A stretch of 63,254 nucleotides of DNA, filler included, from Octopus bimaculoides (GCF_001194135.2; 7 parts of 5 records of this genome joined end to end with filler, not necessarily neighbours in it), one strand, 5' to 3'; shown: positions 24,367 through 37,215, counted from the whole stretch's first letter. Notes: generated by a model not told the origin, from the sequence alone. Made by a program: numbers and translations.

Positions 24367-25579
24367 GATGATAATACACGAAGGAAGTTTTCTTGAAATA
24401 ACAAAATCGAAACCTCCTGCCAATACATACATATTAAGGGGAACTAGGAAAGTAATTCGGAATTTCATTTACAACAACTAAAAACGTATACTAAATTCTT
24501 TCTAGATTTCTCATACAAGGAAACACTGCACCACAGGAAATTGTGTATGAATTACCTAGTGGTTTCACGTAGGGTAAAGAAATATTCCGGTTCCCACAAC
24601 CACTCTCAGTTTCTGTATGCCGACTTTATTGTCTCTTAAATAGCAGGAGATTCATTATACAACGTACAACATAAAAGGCTTATGTAATTTTAGGTCTTTT
24701 TCCCAGAAGAAATTCTTATATTTTGCCTTATTTCTTTTCCTCTGTATTTCAAACGATAATATATCTAAAGTATCTTTCCGGACTAATCAAGGCCTGCACT
24801 GACCTTAGGCAACTTTGCTTTCTGCTATTACATAGATTTGTCAATGGAAATAGCAAAGAAAGCTTTTTTATGACCTCCGCGGCTACTGGAAGAAAAAGTT
24901 CTCCTGAGATTGAATTTAAAATATAATTGGTTCCCCTAAAATGATGCAAGGGCCAAGAGATACGTTAAGGTAGAAGATGACTTCATTCGACCAACCATAG
25001 ACAGGAACCAAGCATTCTATGGAGTTCCACTGTCGGTGGTTTCTTTCTGACAAGAATTTGGAAGGCCCGAGGCTGTAGCAGATGATATAACCCCGAAAGT
25101 TGAACCGCATGAAATTGTACCTGCAATTAAATCGTTGCGAAGCGAAATTGTTAATCTCACAAATAAGGCATTACATATCAATACTCTGATATATTTCATG
25201 TCATGAACTGGCAGAGTCTTTACTGTGGTGGGTGAAATACTTAGCGGCATTTCTCCGTCTTTACGGTCTGAATTCAAATTACTCCGACGTTGATTTTGCC
25301 TTCCATCCTTTGGAAGTCGATAAAATAAGTACCAGTTGAGCACTGGGGTTGATGTAATCAACTTACCCCCATCCCGAAATTACTGATCTTGTGTCAAAAT
25401 TTAAAATATTTATTAGATTGTCTAGAAAGTAATGGAAGTGTTTCGAATGTTGATAGTTATCAACAAATAAATCACTTTGTACGATATAAATAGTGTCTAC
25501 TATTGCATTTGATATAAATCATATGCTTATTAAAAGTTTGCAAGTTTCTTTCTTTATATTTACAGGTTATATTAATCGG

Positions 25580-25830
25580 CCCTAGCAACAGTTTTACCTC
25601 ATAAAACTTATTCCCATAACCTATTCCCTCCTACAGACTTTCATGCGTTGAAACACCTTGACAACTCCATAACAGATAAACGGTTTGAAAACCAAACAGA
25701 CGCAGAAGCTTTTAGGGAGTCTATTCTCTCTAGTGATACTGATTTTTACTGTAAGGGCTTAAATAATCTTCTTACACATTGGTAAAAAGTGTGTTCAATC
25801 ACATAGAAGATACTATGATGAAACTTTCTA
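25580..25830 (+). mobile_element. Mariner transposase C-terminal fragment
   Basis: YSHNLFPPTDFHALKHLDNSITDKRFENQTDAEAFRESI..FYCKGLNNLLTHW. Confidence 0.7.
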
Positions 25831-26349
25831 CATGTCAATTATTGTCTTTCTTTTTTCATTATTTATTCAGGAGAGGACGGTGAACAAGCAGAATCGCGAA
25901 AGCACTGGACAAGACGCTTTGCGACATTTGCAGTCAACTTCGGCTGATGTCAACATTTCAATTGATTCTTTCGAGATTTAAATAAAATGAATTATCTGTT
26001 AAGTTCTGCGGTCGATAGTATTGCCTTCCATCCTTCCCTAAGAATTGTTTGCTTTGTGCCTACATAAGAAAGCAGTATTTATTGAGAATTAAGTGTCACA
26101 TGGGCGGAAAATAACTTTCGTATTTTTTTCAAATCCTGCTGAGGTCAGCATTTCCTTTAATCCATCAGGTATCAGTTTTCGCAACAGACAAATGCTGGAC
26201 TCCTCGGTATCAACTAGCTCCCTCTCTTCCCATTTCATGGCATTGACACAATCTTTAGAACAAATCACAAAACGCATGACTTTTTATTTGTTTGTTTGTT
26301 TAGGTACATTCATTTTGAAATGAAATATTACGAGGGCAATTATGAAACT

Positions 26350-26600
26350 TATGATTTTTAGTTCGAACAAATAAAGTAACAGTTAAACAGGAAGTGAACT
26401 AACTCCCTTCCTTAAAGTTCTGGACTTGTGCTGGTGCTAGAAACAATTATATTTTTAAAAGAAAGAAGACGGTAGGGTCTCTCCTCCCTCTCCTCTGCTT
26501 TCAGTACATCGATGATATATACTTGGAAAACGTTGAATTCCAAACTCTAACAAAGCAACTGAACTATATCTGGAGGTACAGGATGTTTTCCTAATATAAA
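26350..26600 (+). mobile_element. Possible highly degenerate Penelope-type RT relic
   Basis: GSELTPFLKVLDL followed, across frameshifts, by CFQYIDDIYL; spacing resembles the MGS..P.LA.L...YIDD core. Confidence 0.3.
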
Positions 26601-26928
26601 GTTAGGTGAAGTGATTTTGTGGTTGGTACACTGGTTGCGGCATCAGAGATCTATCTTTGTCGGCGCGAAAGATATAAAAGGTTACACAAGATACCTATGA
26701 ATTATTAGTGAAAATGTGTGGGTCGGACGTCAATTATTCTGATACATTGTGTTTGGAGATTCTTTGATTTATTACACGCGTCAAATCGTTTGTATTTCTT
26801 CATATTATTATCAATATTTCTGTGTTTCAGTTCCTATTTTGATGACAACTCTATATTATAATGGAGTTTATACAGAATTTGAAGTGAACTTTGCAAAACA
26901 ATTTTCTGTATACTTTCCTAAAATGCTT

Positions 26929-26978
<50 letters not shown>

Positions 26979-26980
26979 AC

Positions 26981-27021
<41 letters not shown>

Positions 27022-27070
27022 AACAAACNNNNNNNNNNNNNNNNNNNNNNNNNNNNNNNNNNNNNNNNNN

Positions 27071-27116
<46 letters not shown>

Positions 27117-27598
27117 ACATCTATATATATATAATTTAGGATATAAATATATCATGTACGATCATATATTGACATATTGCAACAGTCTCTGATCGAAATG
27201 TTTGCATAACACATTCATACATCTCGTCCGTTTTTACTCATTATATCCCTTTGAAAAGCTGAGAGTAACAGAATGACTAAAGTGGATAGGAAACTTGAAA
27301 GAGTGTATTGCGTAATTGCAAGAAAATTTCACGGAGCAGATCTCTACAGTTCACTCTTTCACCAACGAGTTAGTAAATGCTATATGTATATGTATTGGTA
27401 ATATTGATTTGATAGGTACTTAAATTTTCGCATTTCAAGGCATCTCCATCATGAGTGAGCTTTCAAGTTATGTTTTAGCATTTGGGAAAATGATATCCTT
27501 ATTCCAGTGCAAAGAAAAGTGCCAAGAAAGGCAAGCAGACTAAAATGAAAGAAAGAAAGGGAAAACATGAAAGGATATATATATATAAATATATGGTT

Positions 27599-27771
27599 TT
27601 AGGGAAAAGAACCAAGGTTCATGAACTCATCGATAATGATACTATCATTACCTTATGATATTTACTTTGTATTATATTATACTTATTTATTGTGCTTTTA
27701 CTTATTAATTTTTCTATATTTCACAGTGGATTTTCATCGATGAGTTCATGAACCTTGGTTCTTTTCCCTAA
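27599..27771. mobile_element. 173-bp MITE-like element with a perfect 36-bp inverted repeat
   Basis: ttagggaaaagaaccaaggttcatgaactcatcgat (27599-27634) is the exact reverse complement of 27736-27771. Confidence 0.7.
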
Positions 27772-28467
27772 TACTCTCTCTCTCTCTCTCTCNNNNNNNN
27801 NNNNNNNNNNNNNNNNNNNNNNNNNNNNNNNNNNNNTTAATTAATTAANNNNNNNNNNNNNNNNNNNNNNNNNNNNNNNNNNNNNNNNNNNNTATGTATT
27901 ATATATGTATATATGTATATTATATATATATATATGTGTGTGTGTGTATGTATGTATGTATGTATGTATGTATTTATATGAGTATATATACGTGTGTACG
28001 TGTATACTCAAGCACAAGAGTATAATTACATATATACATATATGCATGTACGTGTGCATACACATACACACTTACACACATATACACTTACACACACATA
28101 CACAATGCCAGTGTGTGTGCGTGGGTGTGTGAATGTATGTCCGTGTATGTGCATGAGTATGAGTATACATACACACATACATGCGCTATACACACTGATC
28201 TATACACCCATTCATACGTGGCTATATATAACGCACATTTACGTGTTCATGTGTCTGTAAGCCTAGGGAGAAGTTCTGCAGCATATATTCCCATGCCGTT
28301 TGTTGCATCGTAGTAGTGACACGCTGGGACGGTATGTTTTTCGCTTGAAGCCCTTGTGGCACATGCGGTATCGAAACCGTTTCCACTATTATTACATCAC
28401 GAATAACAGGCAAGTGTTACTACTACAATTACTTTTTCTACTTTTACAGAGGAAACTAACTGTCAGG

Positions 28468-28531
<64 letters not shown>

Positions 28532-28839
28532 AAGCAGCAGCAGTAGTAGTAGTAGTAGTAGTAGTTGTAGTAGTAGCAGTACTAGTGGTAGTTTAGTTTG
28601 CTCCGTTCATGTATACATTTGTACGTACGTATGTACGTATATACACACACACACACACGCACACACACACACACACATATATATATATGCATAGCTACAC
28701 ACACATATATAACTACATATATGCATACACAAACACTATACATACATGCCTACATATATATATATATATATACATATAGGCTAAGCGTGTGTTTGCTTAT
28801 GTGTGTGTTTGTGTGTGCGTGTGTCTGCCTGTCTGTCTG

Positions 28840-28876
<37 letters not shown>

Positions 28877-30253
28877 TTATATATTTATGTATGTTCTTTT
28901 TTTTTTTCCCCCCCTTCCATTTGCCGTAAGAGTACACAGAACCGGGTCAGTGACATTCCAGTCAGTTTGTACAGGATGTATAGATATGAGCTGTAGTAAG
29001 CAGACTGTGGTTGTGTACCGGCCATTGTGGATGTGGTGGTGTTGGTGGTGGTGGCGTCGGTGGTGTCGGGACGGTGATGGTTTCAGTGGTGGAGGCTGTG
29101 ATGGGTTTTTTTTCTTTTTTGGCGGTGGTATTGGTGTTGGTACTGGTGTTATCTGTCGTTGTGTTTGGTAGTGGTTACGGATCGTATTAGCTGTTGGTGG
29201 TAGTGGTGGTGGCTGTCGTGATTCTACAGCCTGTTGATGGCGGTGGTAGAGCTTCTGTAGGATGTAATCGTTGTTCTAATAGTTACATGGTGCCGTCCGT
29301 GGTGATGGAAGAGATGCTTGGGTATGTAGTAGTGGTAGTGGTTACGATGGTGGTTGTGATTGCTGTATTAGTTGCAATGGCAATGGTAATTATATTCAAA
29401 TTCACAGGTGGTCTATTGGCGGTAGTAGTTAGTAATGTTAGTAGAATTGGTAGTGGTGGACATAATACCAGTGGTTGTATTAATACTGGCTATATTACTA
29501 GAGATCGTTGTTATTTAACCCCAGGTTTGTCCTGATCGAGCTGACCTAAGATCACAATGGCTTTCTAGCCTTGACAATTCCAATTCATTTTTAAATAGGT
29601 GCACTCGTACATTTAATATACCGTCCAATCTGTCTTTCCGTCTTTAAGGTGGTAGAGTGTGTTTTGAGGGTTAAATGCCTGCTTTTTTTTTCTAGTAGGT
29701 CGCGTGACCATTTAGAAGCTTCCTCTTTCAGCTCATATAAGTAATGTCTGTGGTATTTAAAGCGACGCTGGCTGCAGTGATGGTGGTGAGGTGGTACCGG
29801 TAGAGTTACAGCTGTTGCTATATTTTCTGTTCTATATTTTATATAATCTATTTTTTGTATTTTTGGTGTTAGTCATTTGAGGGATGTTTGTGTGTGATGT
29901 GTCGACGGTGGGAGAATGCCGGCTGGAAATTGTATACGCATACGAGTATGCGAGTATGTGCCTATGCGGATATAAAAATACTAATAGGAGTACATACATG
30001 TATGCATGCATACATACAAACATGCTTACGGACTTATATGTATATATTCCTTATTTGGAATAGTAGACTTCCTAAATTCATCTTCAATATTCCTAGTCCT
30101 TCGTAGTCTCATCCTCAGAATGATGTAGAGCTAATATAATTGGTGTAAGCATTACCGCAGGAAGTTGAATTTTCAGCTTTAAATGTATTCATCCTCATTC
30201 AACCATATATTTTTCTACAGATGTGTTGTATCTGTGTGATTATTTTAATAATG

Positions 30254-30957
30254 GGATCTAGTTCAAAACGGGGGCGCCAGTATTTTCTTAACGAAACACT
30301 TTGAAACTTGGGACACTGGTAGAATGTGTCATATAAAACATCTTTTTCTCTTAGTCTTCTTAAGAAAAATTATTATATTGCAACTTATTTCATGTTAAAG
30401 TTGTCGTATTTCTGTAATTTCAACCAATGACTGACGTCCATTCAGCCGAATACAGTAAGTGCTGACTACGTAAACAAACAATTCTCAAACGATTCTGGCG
30501 GTGATTAAATTATTATTTCCTTGTCAAAAAATGGCTGAAGCATATTGGCAGTAGCTAATAAACCTTTCTATTATAGGCACAAGGCCTGGTTTTTGAGGGA
30601 AGNNNNNNNNNNACAGCTCAGGCAGATGTTAACGAAATTATATTAAAAATAAAACGAAGGAAAATGAACACACGTGTGTTGCCTCTCTGCAAAATGTCAG
30701 AAGTAATGGAGATTAAATACGCTTTACACCGCTTAAACTGCCAAAGGAGTAACTATAAACAGCTGAATACTTGTCAGTGATTGGTTGAAATTATCGAAAT
30801 AGGACAATTTTTTACATGAAATAACTTCGAATACAAAAATTTTTTTCTGTTCTATAACACAAAATAGATAAGTATACGAAGTTTGAAAGTCTTTCGGTAC
30901 CAAAAACACTACATAAAACATAAATGAAAACTGGTGCCCCCGTTTTGAACTAGATCC
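30254..30957. mobile_element. Non-autonomous DNA transposon with GGATC termini and 8-bp TSD
   Basis: TIR GGATCTAGTTCAAAACGGGGGC(G/A)CCAGT at both ends; TSD TAATAATG at 30246-30253 and 30958-30965; subterminal inverted match 30400-30450 versus 30760-30808. Confidence 0.88.
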
Positions 30958-31039
30958 TAATAATGTGCTATGAGTTTTCTTCCATCATTAATAATCAATT
31001 TTTTTCATTAATGTTTCCTAAATTGTGTGGTTGGGGTTA

Positions 31040-31350
31040 TATGATGTAGTTCATTACATTACAAGAGCATAGGGAGCCTCCGGGAGAATGTCATGTATAT
31101 AGTTAATATAACAGTTGGACTCGTGAAATTTACAACTTTAACATTTGAAATCGAATTCGTAAGCACCCTTTGTAACTTAGTTTTTTTGTTTTAATCCGTG
31201 ATGTAGTTCATTGCATTGTTGTAAGTGCATAGTGAGTATACGGAAGAATGTCGTACTTGTACGGATCATAAAACAGTTGGGCTCGTGAAGTTTACAACTT
31301 CAATTTTTGCAATCGAATTGGTAAATATCCTTTGTTGTCTAGGTTTTGCT
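31040..31350 (-). mobile_element. Tandemly duplicated (about 160 bp) GIY-YIG-like relic of a Penelope-like element
   Basis: The two units are mutually homologous; the minus strand reads TKDIYQFDC...TSTTFFRILTMHLQ and TFSRRLPML, like IYxFxC...YIGxTxTTLSRRLTMH. Confidence 0.4.
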
Positions 31351-31647
31351 TTCATCTGTGCTTCGTTTCTAAAGGAGAATCTAAATTGCTTTCTAAGTAG
31401 GAATTCCACCACTGACATTTTGAATTTGTGTGGATATTTGCTGTCTCTTTAATAAGGTACAAACATGATGTATCTGTTATTTTCTTTTGAATGCTGACGT
31501 CTTACTAGGACTCACTGGTTTTGGTGTTGAATTTTAGTACGCCGTTCTTTTCTAAGTATTCCTGAAGCCTTCGGAGAGTCAATTACGTCGAGGATATCCT
31601 CCATCTACCTACTGTATATAGTATGTCTATGTACTGGCACCACCTTG

Positions 31648-31976
31648 GGATCTTTGGGGTTTGACGGGCAACATTTGTTTTCTTAACGAAACACTTTCAA
31701 ACTTGGGACACTGGTAGAATGTGTCATATTAAACAACTTCTTCTCTTAACCTTCTTAACAAAAAATTGTACATCGCAAGTTATTTCATGTCAGAGTTGTC
31801 GTATTTCTGTAATTTCAACCAATCACTGACGTCTATTCAGCTGAATACAGTTACTGCTGTTCGGTGTCAAGTGTGTTATTCCCTGTTTAATTATATCATT
31901 ATTCCCTAGTAAGAGTTTCGGGTTTTAGGGTTAGTGTTCGGGTTTTAGGGTTAGGGTTCGGGTTTTAGGGTTAGGG
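31648..31976 (+). mobile_element. Sibling of the GGATC element, left end, running into telomere-like repeats
   Basis: Starts GGATC; 31676-31850 aligns by eye to 30282-30455; ends in (GTTCGGGTTTTAGGGTTAGG)n before a gap. Confidence 0.75.
31916..31976 (+). repeat. 20-bp TTAGGG-containing tandem repeat (3 visible units, continues into the gap)
   Basis: tttcgggttttagggttagt gttcgggttttagggttagg gttcgggttttagggttaggg. Confidence 0.9.
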
Positions 31977-32714
31977 NNNNNNNNNNNNNNNNNNNNNNNN
32001 NNNNNNNNNNNNNNNNNNNNNNNNNNNNNNNNNNNNNNNNNNNNNNNNNNNNNNNNNNNNNNNNNNNNNNNNNNNNNNNNNNNNNNNNNNNNNNNNNNNN
32101 NNNNNNNNNNNNNNNNNNNNNNNNNNNNNNNNNNNNNNNNNNNNNNNNNNNNNNNNNNNNNNNNNNNNNNNNNNNNNNNNNNNNNNNNNNNNNNNNNNNN
32201 NNNNNNNNNNNNNNNNNNNNNNNNNNNNNNNNNNNNNNNNNNNNNNNNNNNNNNNNNNNNNNNNNNNNNNNNNNNNNNNNNNNNNNNNNNNNNNNNNNNN
32301 NNNNNNNNNNNNNNNNNNNNNNNNNNNNNNNNNNNNNNNNNNNNNNNNNNNNNNNNNNNNNNNNNNNNNNNNNNNNNNNNNNNNNNNNNNNNNNNNNNNN
32401 NNNNNNNNNNNNNNNNNNNNNNNNNNNNNNNNNNNNNNNNNNNNNNNNNNNNNNNNNNNNNNNNNNNNNNNNNNNNNNNNNNNNNNNNNNNNNNNNNNNN
32501 NNNNNNNNNNNNNNNNNNNNNNNNNNNNNNNNNNNNNNNNNNNNNNNNNNNNNNNNNNNNNNNNNNNNNNNNNNNNNNNNNNNNNNNNNNNNNNNNNNNN
32601 NNNNNNNNNNNNNNNNNNNNNNNNNNNNNNNNNNNNNNNNNNNNNNNNNNNNNNNNNNNNNNNNNNNNNNNNNNNNNNNNNNNNNNNNNNNNNNNNNNNN
32701 NNNNNNNNNNNNNN

Positions 32715-32869
32715 TTTAAAAAAAATTCTTTTATATTTTTATAACTAAATATTATGAGGAATTGTATAAAAAAATTAAAATATTTTTTGTTTATTGTAAA
32801 AGTATACTAAATTTATTGCGTATAAACCTCCAAGGGTCATGTGGATCCCGGGTGAGTTGAGAACCACTG
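32715..32869. mobile_element. Right end of a hAT (Charlie-like) MITE
   Basis: Ends gttgagaaccactg, the reverse complement of the CAGTGGTTCTCAA terminus of Charlie-type hATs; the left end is in the gap. Confidence 0.55.
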
Positions 32870-33104
32870 CTTTAAACAATGTTGGAATAAATTACCTTTA
32901 AAATGACTGACGTGGAAGAATTTTTAAAGCATGGCAACAGACAGGGTGTTTTCATTCATTCTCTGCCGTAATAGAGCATCATCTTGAAGGGTTTAGTAAT
33001 CAATATTTATTTTTTAAGTTTGGTCCTAAAGCATCAGTCTCTTTTGACCGAGCCGCTGAGTTAAGGAAACGTAAACAAACCAACACCAATTATGAAGTAG
33101 TAAG

Positions 33105-33925
33105 AGAAACAGGACGTCCAGTTGAGTTTGATGATAAGCTCCTTGAGGCATTACTTGCAGAAAATCTTGCATTATCAGTTGAACAATTGGCAATAAAGCT
33201 CAGTTCAAACGATACAACTGTTCATCGTCATCTTCAACAACTTGGAAAGGTTCCTAAACTTGGAAAATGGGTGCCTCATGAATTGTCCGAAAGCAACCGC
33301 AAGTCCCGAGTTGACATCTGATCTTCTCTCCATTCTCGCGAATTCCTTTCACCCTTTTTGGATAGACTTGTGACTGGTGACGAAAAATGGATCTTCTATT
33401 GAAATGTTAAATGCCGTAAAAAGTGGCTTGGTAAAAGGGAAAAAGCTCAACCACAACCAAGAAGGAAACTTCATGGAAAAAAGGTTTTTCTCTCTATCTG
33501 GTGGGATTGCAAAGGAGCAATTCAAATTGAATTGTTACCACCTAATGCAACAATCAATGCTCAAGTCTATGTCAGCAATTAGAGCGTTTGAACTAAGCTT
33601 TGAACAAAAAAAAGACCCGCTTTAGTGAATCGAAAAGGAGTGATGTTTCATCAGAACCCACACTGCAAAGATCACATCACAGAAGATCGAAGAGTTTGGT
33701 TGGGAAAAAATTCCTCATCCACCTTATTCTCCCGAAACTTGCTCCTTCAGACTACCATTTGTATCGTAGTTTACAGAATCATTTGGGAGACGTAACTTTC
33801 GCAAGCCAGGAGGAGGTCGAAACAGACATTTCAGAGTTCTTCGCTTTGAAAACAAGAGTTTTACATTGATGGGATTAAAAAGCTTGTAAATAGATGGAAG
33901 AAAGTTATAGATAATCAGGGAAAAT
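33105..33925 (+). mobile_element. Defective mariner transposase, 5'-truncated
   Basis: GRPVEFDD, LGKWVPHELS, RLVTGDEKWIFY, LAPSDYHLYRSLQNHL; several stops and frameshifts; 3' end runs into the gap. Confidence 0.9.
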
Positions 33926-34539
33926 NNNNNNNNNNNNNNNNNNNNNNNNNNNNNNNNNNNNNNNNNNNNNNNNNNNNNNNNNNNNNNNNNNNNNNNNNNN
34001 NNNNNNNNNNNNNNNNNNNNNNNNNNNNNNNNNNNNNNNNNNNNNNNNNNNNNNNNNNNNNNNNNNNNNNNNNNNNNNNNNNNNNNNNNNNNNNNNNNNN
34101 NNNNNNNNNNNNNNNNNNNNNNNNNNNNNNNNNNNNNNNNNNNNNNNNNNNNNNNNNNNNNNNNNNNNNNNNNNNNNNNNNNNNNNNNNNNNNNNNNNNN
34201 NNNNNNNNNNNNNNNNNNNNNNNNNNNNNNNNNNNNNNNNNNNNNNNNNNNNNNNNNNNNNNNNNNNNNNNNNNNNNNNNNNNNNNNNNNNNNNNNNNNN
34301 NNNNNNNNNNNNNNNNNNNNNNNNNNNNNNNNNNNNNNNNNNNNNNNNNNNNNNNNNNNNNNNNNNNNNNNNNNNNNNNNNNNNNNNNNNNNNNNNNNNN
34401 NNNNNNNNNNNNNNNNNNNNNNNNNNNNNNNNNNNNNNNNNNNNNNNNNNNNNNNNNNNNNNNNNNNNNNNNNNNNNNNNNNNNNNNNNNNNNNNNNNNN
34501 NNNNNNNNNNNNNNNNNNNNNNNNNNNNNNNNNNNNNNN

Positions 34540-34582
<43 letters not shown>

Positions 34583-35692
34583 TTATATATAGTGCCCCCA
34601 CCCCAAAAAATGTATACACACTTCAGAAAAGAAAAATATCTATAAATATTTAACTTGTATAAACACCCCTACAAACATAAGTACTTCTTTCAAAGTTTTA
34701 TCAAAAATTGTGATAAGACTGAATACATTGCAATAACACTGAATTAAAATATCTATACAGATTTTTCCTTTGCTAAAGTGTGTATACGTTTTTGGGGTGG
34801 ATTCTGTATATATTTGATTAATGAGAAAGACAGAAGAGAGAAGATACAAGAAAGTTTATTGATCACTCCAATTGTTTCGATCCATCTAGTATCGATCCCT
34901 CACGGATGGGATCCTGATCATCTGGTTTAGGTGTATCTGTCGGTATAGATGTGTCTCCTCAGGTGATTACAAGATGTATCGCGTTGAAATAACGTCTGTT
35001 CCGCAAGAATTCTTCTCAGGATGTGTATACAGAAGCAACAGATTAAAGGATACAGCTTCATTATTATAGAAGATCAGTAACAAATATCAGATGCAAAAAC
35101 AAGCAAATACACAATACAGCGAAAAGGTATTAGATATAATCCTTAGCAGATAGTGACGTAGAAACGCCCTCGCTTGTGTTCTTAGGCGCACGTACACTCA
35201 CTCGTTCAAATTTACACGAAGATGTAATCATACGCACACGTGGTTCGGTTCTCACAGTGAATTAAATAGAGATCGATAAAGTCAGTATCTACAAGTGGCT
35301 AGTGATACGACTCCACTAGGTGAGGAGTCACAGATTCTGTGCTGAGATTCACTAGATCTGGTCGATGTATATAAATACAGACATTATATATGTGTATTTT
35401 TTGTATGAACGACTGATGAAATAACCAATAGCCTCTAGCCTAGAGATGATATTAATGCCAGTGTTAGGATCACCAATGTAGATAAGCATAAGTTTTTTTT
35501 GTATTTTCATCTCACGATGAGCGATACTTATTGAGAGGCTGAAGTTGGCATTTATCTCACAGTAATCGGTGTACAATGGCCAAAGGGTATCACAATGATA
35601 TTGATAACTGTTGTGACGTTGTGCCTACAAGAATGAGGAGGTTCCGATTAAATTCATCTATACATTTAGGTAAGCTGTGGATATTAATTTGG

Positions 35693-36200
35693 TTAACGGT
35701 TACTCAAATTCATTCCCACTGCATTATGCGAAAGTGCATGCAAGCATTTTGATGGTCTTTCAGAAATCTTATTAATGATCTTCTCATTGGGCCACAAAAT
35801 AGACAGCAATTCCTCGGAGCGGTGTCTGCATCTCCTGGAGAGGATACTGTACGGTTGTGCATATATTATTATGGACCAAGTTAGATCATATTTAATCTTA
35901 TCCTGCTTAAGCTGCCACACAAAATCAGCCAAAGGTGTCGAATGCCTCTTGTTGATTTTCTTAAAGCTGACAACATGGTTTCGATAACGGTTCTTGAACG
36001 AATTAGCCGTTGCCCCAATGTAAACGTGAGGCCCTTTCCTTGAGGGTACGGTGCACTTATATACAAAATTGGTACTCATACAGAGGTCCATCAATGGGCA
36101 TTTAGCTTTTTCTCTGCATGAGCATTTATGAGATTTAGTTGTATTTGAGCTCGTGCTGACTTCATTTTCCGATGCCGTTACTGTGATAGCTATATCACTA
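35693..36200 (-). mobile_element. Penelope-like element GIY-YIG endonuclease remnant
   Basis: CSCREKAKCPLMDLCMSTNFVYKCTV..VYIGATANSFKNRYRNH..SF..STPLADFVWQLK..LTWSII.AQPY..RC...EE..I..NKISE.PSKCLH. Confidence 0.88.
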
Positions 36201-36560
36201 TTATTGTTACTATTACGATGTGGCCGCAGGGGGTGTTTTTCGTTCTGGTTGGTACTTCCTTTGTTGACATTTTGTTGTTTATATTTGCTGTCTTTTCTAT
36301 TTGTCGGGCCGAAAGTAGTTCGCTTGTCATAAGATGTAGTTCCAGTTGGCTCATTTTCTGTTATTAATGCGATACATATGCTGCTCTAAATTAATAGAAT
36401 TAGCGTATGATACCTTTACAGTATGTCTATCAAAAATAGTATGATATATGTGTGTCTTTCTGTGTGTGTATATAAATATGTATGTATGTATACATATACA
36501 TATCTCTATATGTATATACATTCATACATAAAATGTGTGTATGATGTGTGGGTGTAACCT

Positions 36561-36613
<53 letters not shown>

Positions 36614-36959
36614 GTGTGTGTGTGCAAGGAAAATAAGACAAGGTAGAAAATGCTAAAATGATTTTATCATGGAGAACATTTTAGTACCGGAAAATTAGAA
36701 AAACTAAATGAAATGTTTTTTTCTTTTTTTTTAATATTTCCATACTTTGCAAAATGCAAGGGACATTTTCTTTTTTTTCTGTCTGTCTGTCTGCCTGTCT
36801 CTCTTTTTTACTCTTGTGATGGCTTGGTAGCAATCCTAAAAGAATATTTGATAGGAGTTCTTAGTTTTGATTGTTAAAGCAGCAGTAGTAGCTGATATAG
36901 TTAAATACTAAACATAAAATTCTGTCAATTTTTTAAAATTTGTACGATTTCAATGAAAT

Positions 36960-37215
36960 AGATAGTTAATTCTGGGATACCCTGTATAAACAGGGCATAG
37001 TTTAACCACATATTCCCGGTTTTGCTCTCACGCCTGGAATTTCTTTTCTAATCCCACAACAGATTCCAGTCATCAGTATATGAGAGTTTCCAAAGATACT
37101 CAGTCTCAAGGCATTCTGTAATGGCCTGGAGAATTATGATAAATAGAAGGTAACAGAGCATAAACCCTGAATCCTTGCCTGCACACTAAATTCGTCATTG
37201 CATTCGCTGCTAACT
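36960..37215 (-). mobile_element. RTE reverse-transcriptase relic
   Basis: GKDSGFMLCYLLFIIILQAITECLETEYLWKLSYTDD corresponds to GVHQGSVLSPLLFIIVL.A.....PWELLYADD. Confidence 0.7.

Noticed and set aside
26089-26320. Minus-strand ORF as a transposase N-terminus
   Set aside because: No recognisable HTH or GRP motif and no matching TIR in the right orientation.
37063-37149. Attractive 87-nt plus-strand exon (FQSSVYESFQRYSVSRHSVMAWRIMINR) with good splice sites
   Set aside because: The opposite strand reads as an RTE RT core (LLFIIILQAI...LSYTDD), so it is an antisense LINE relic.
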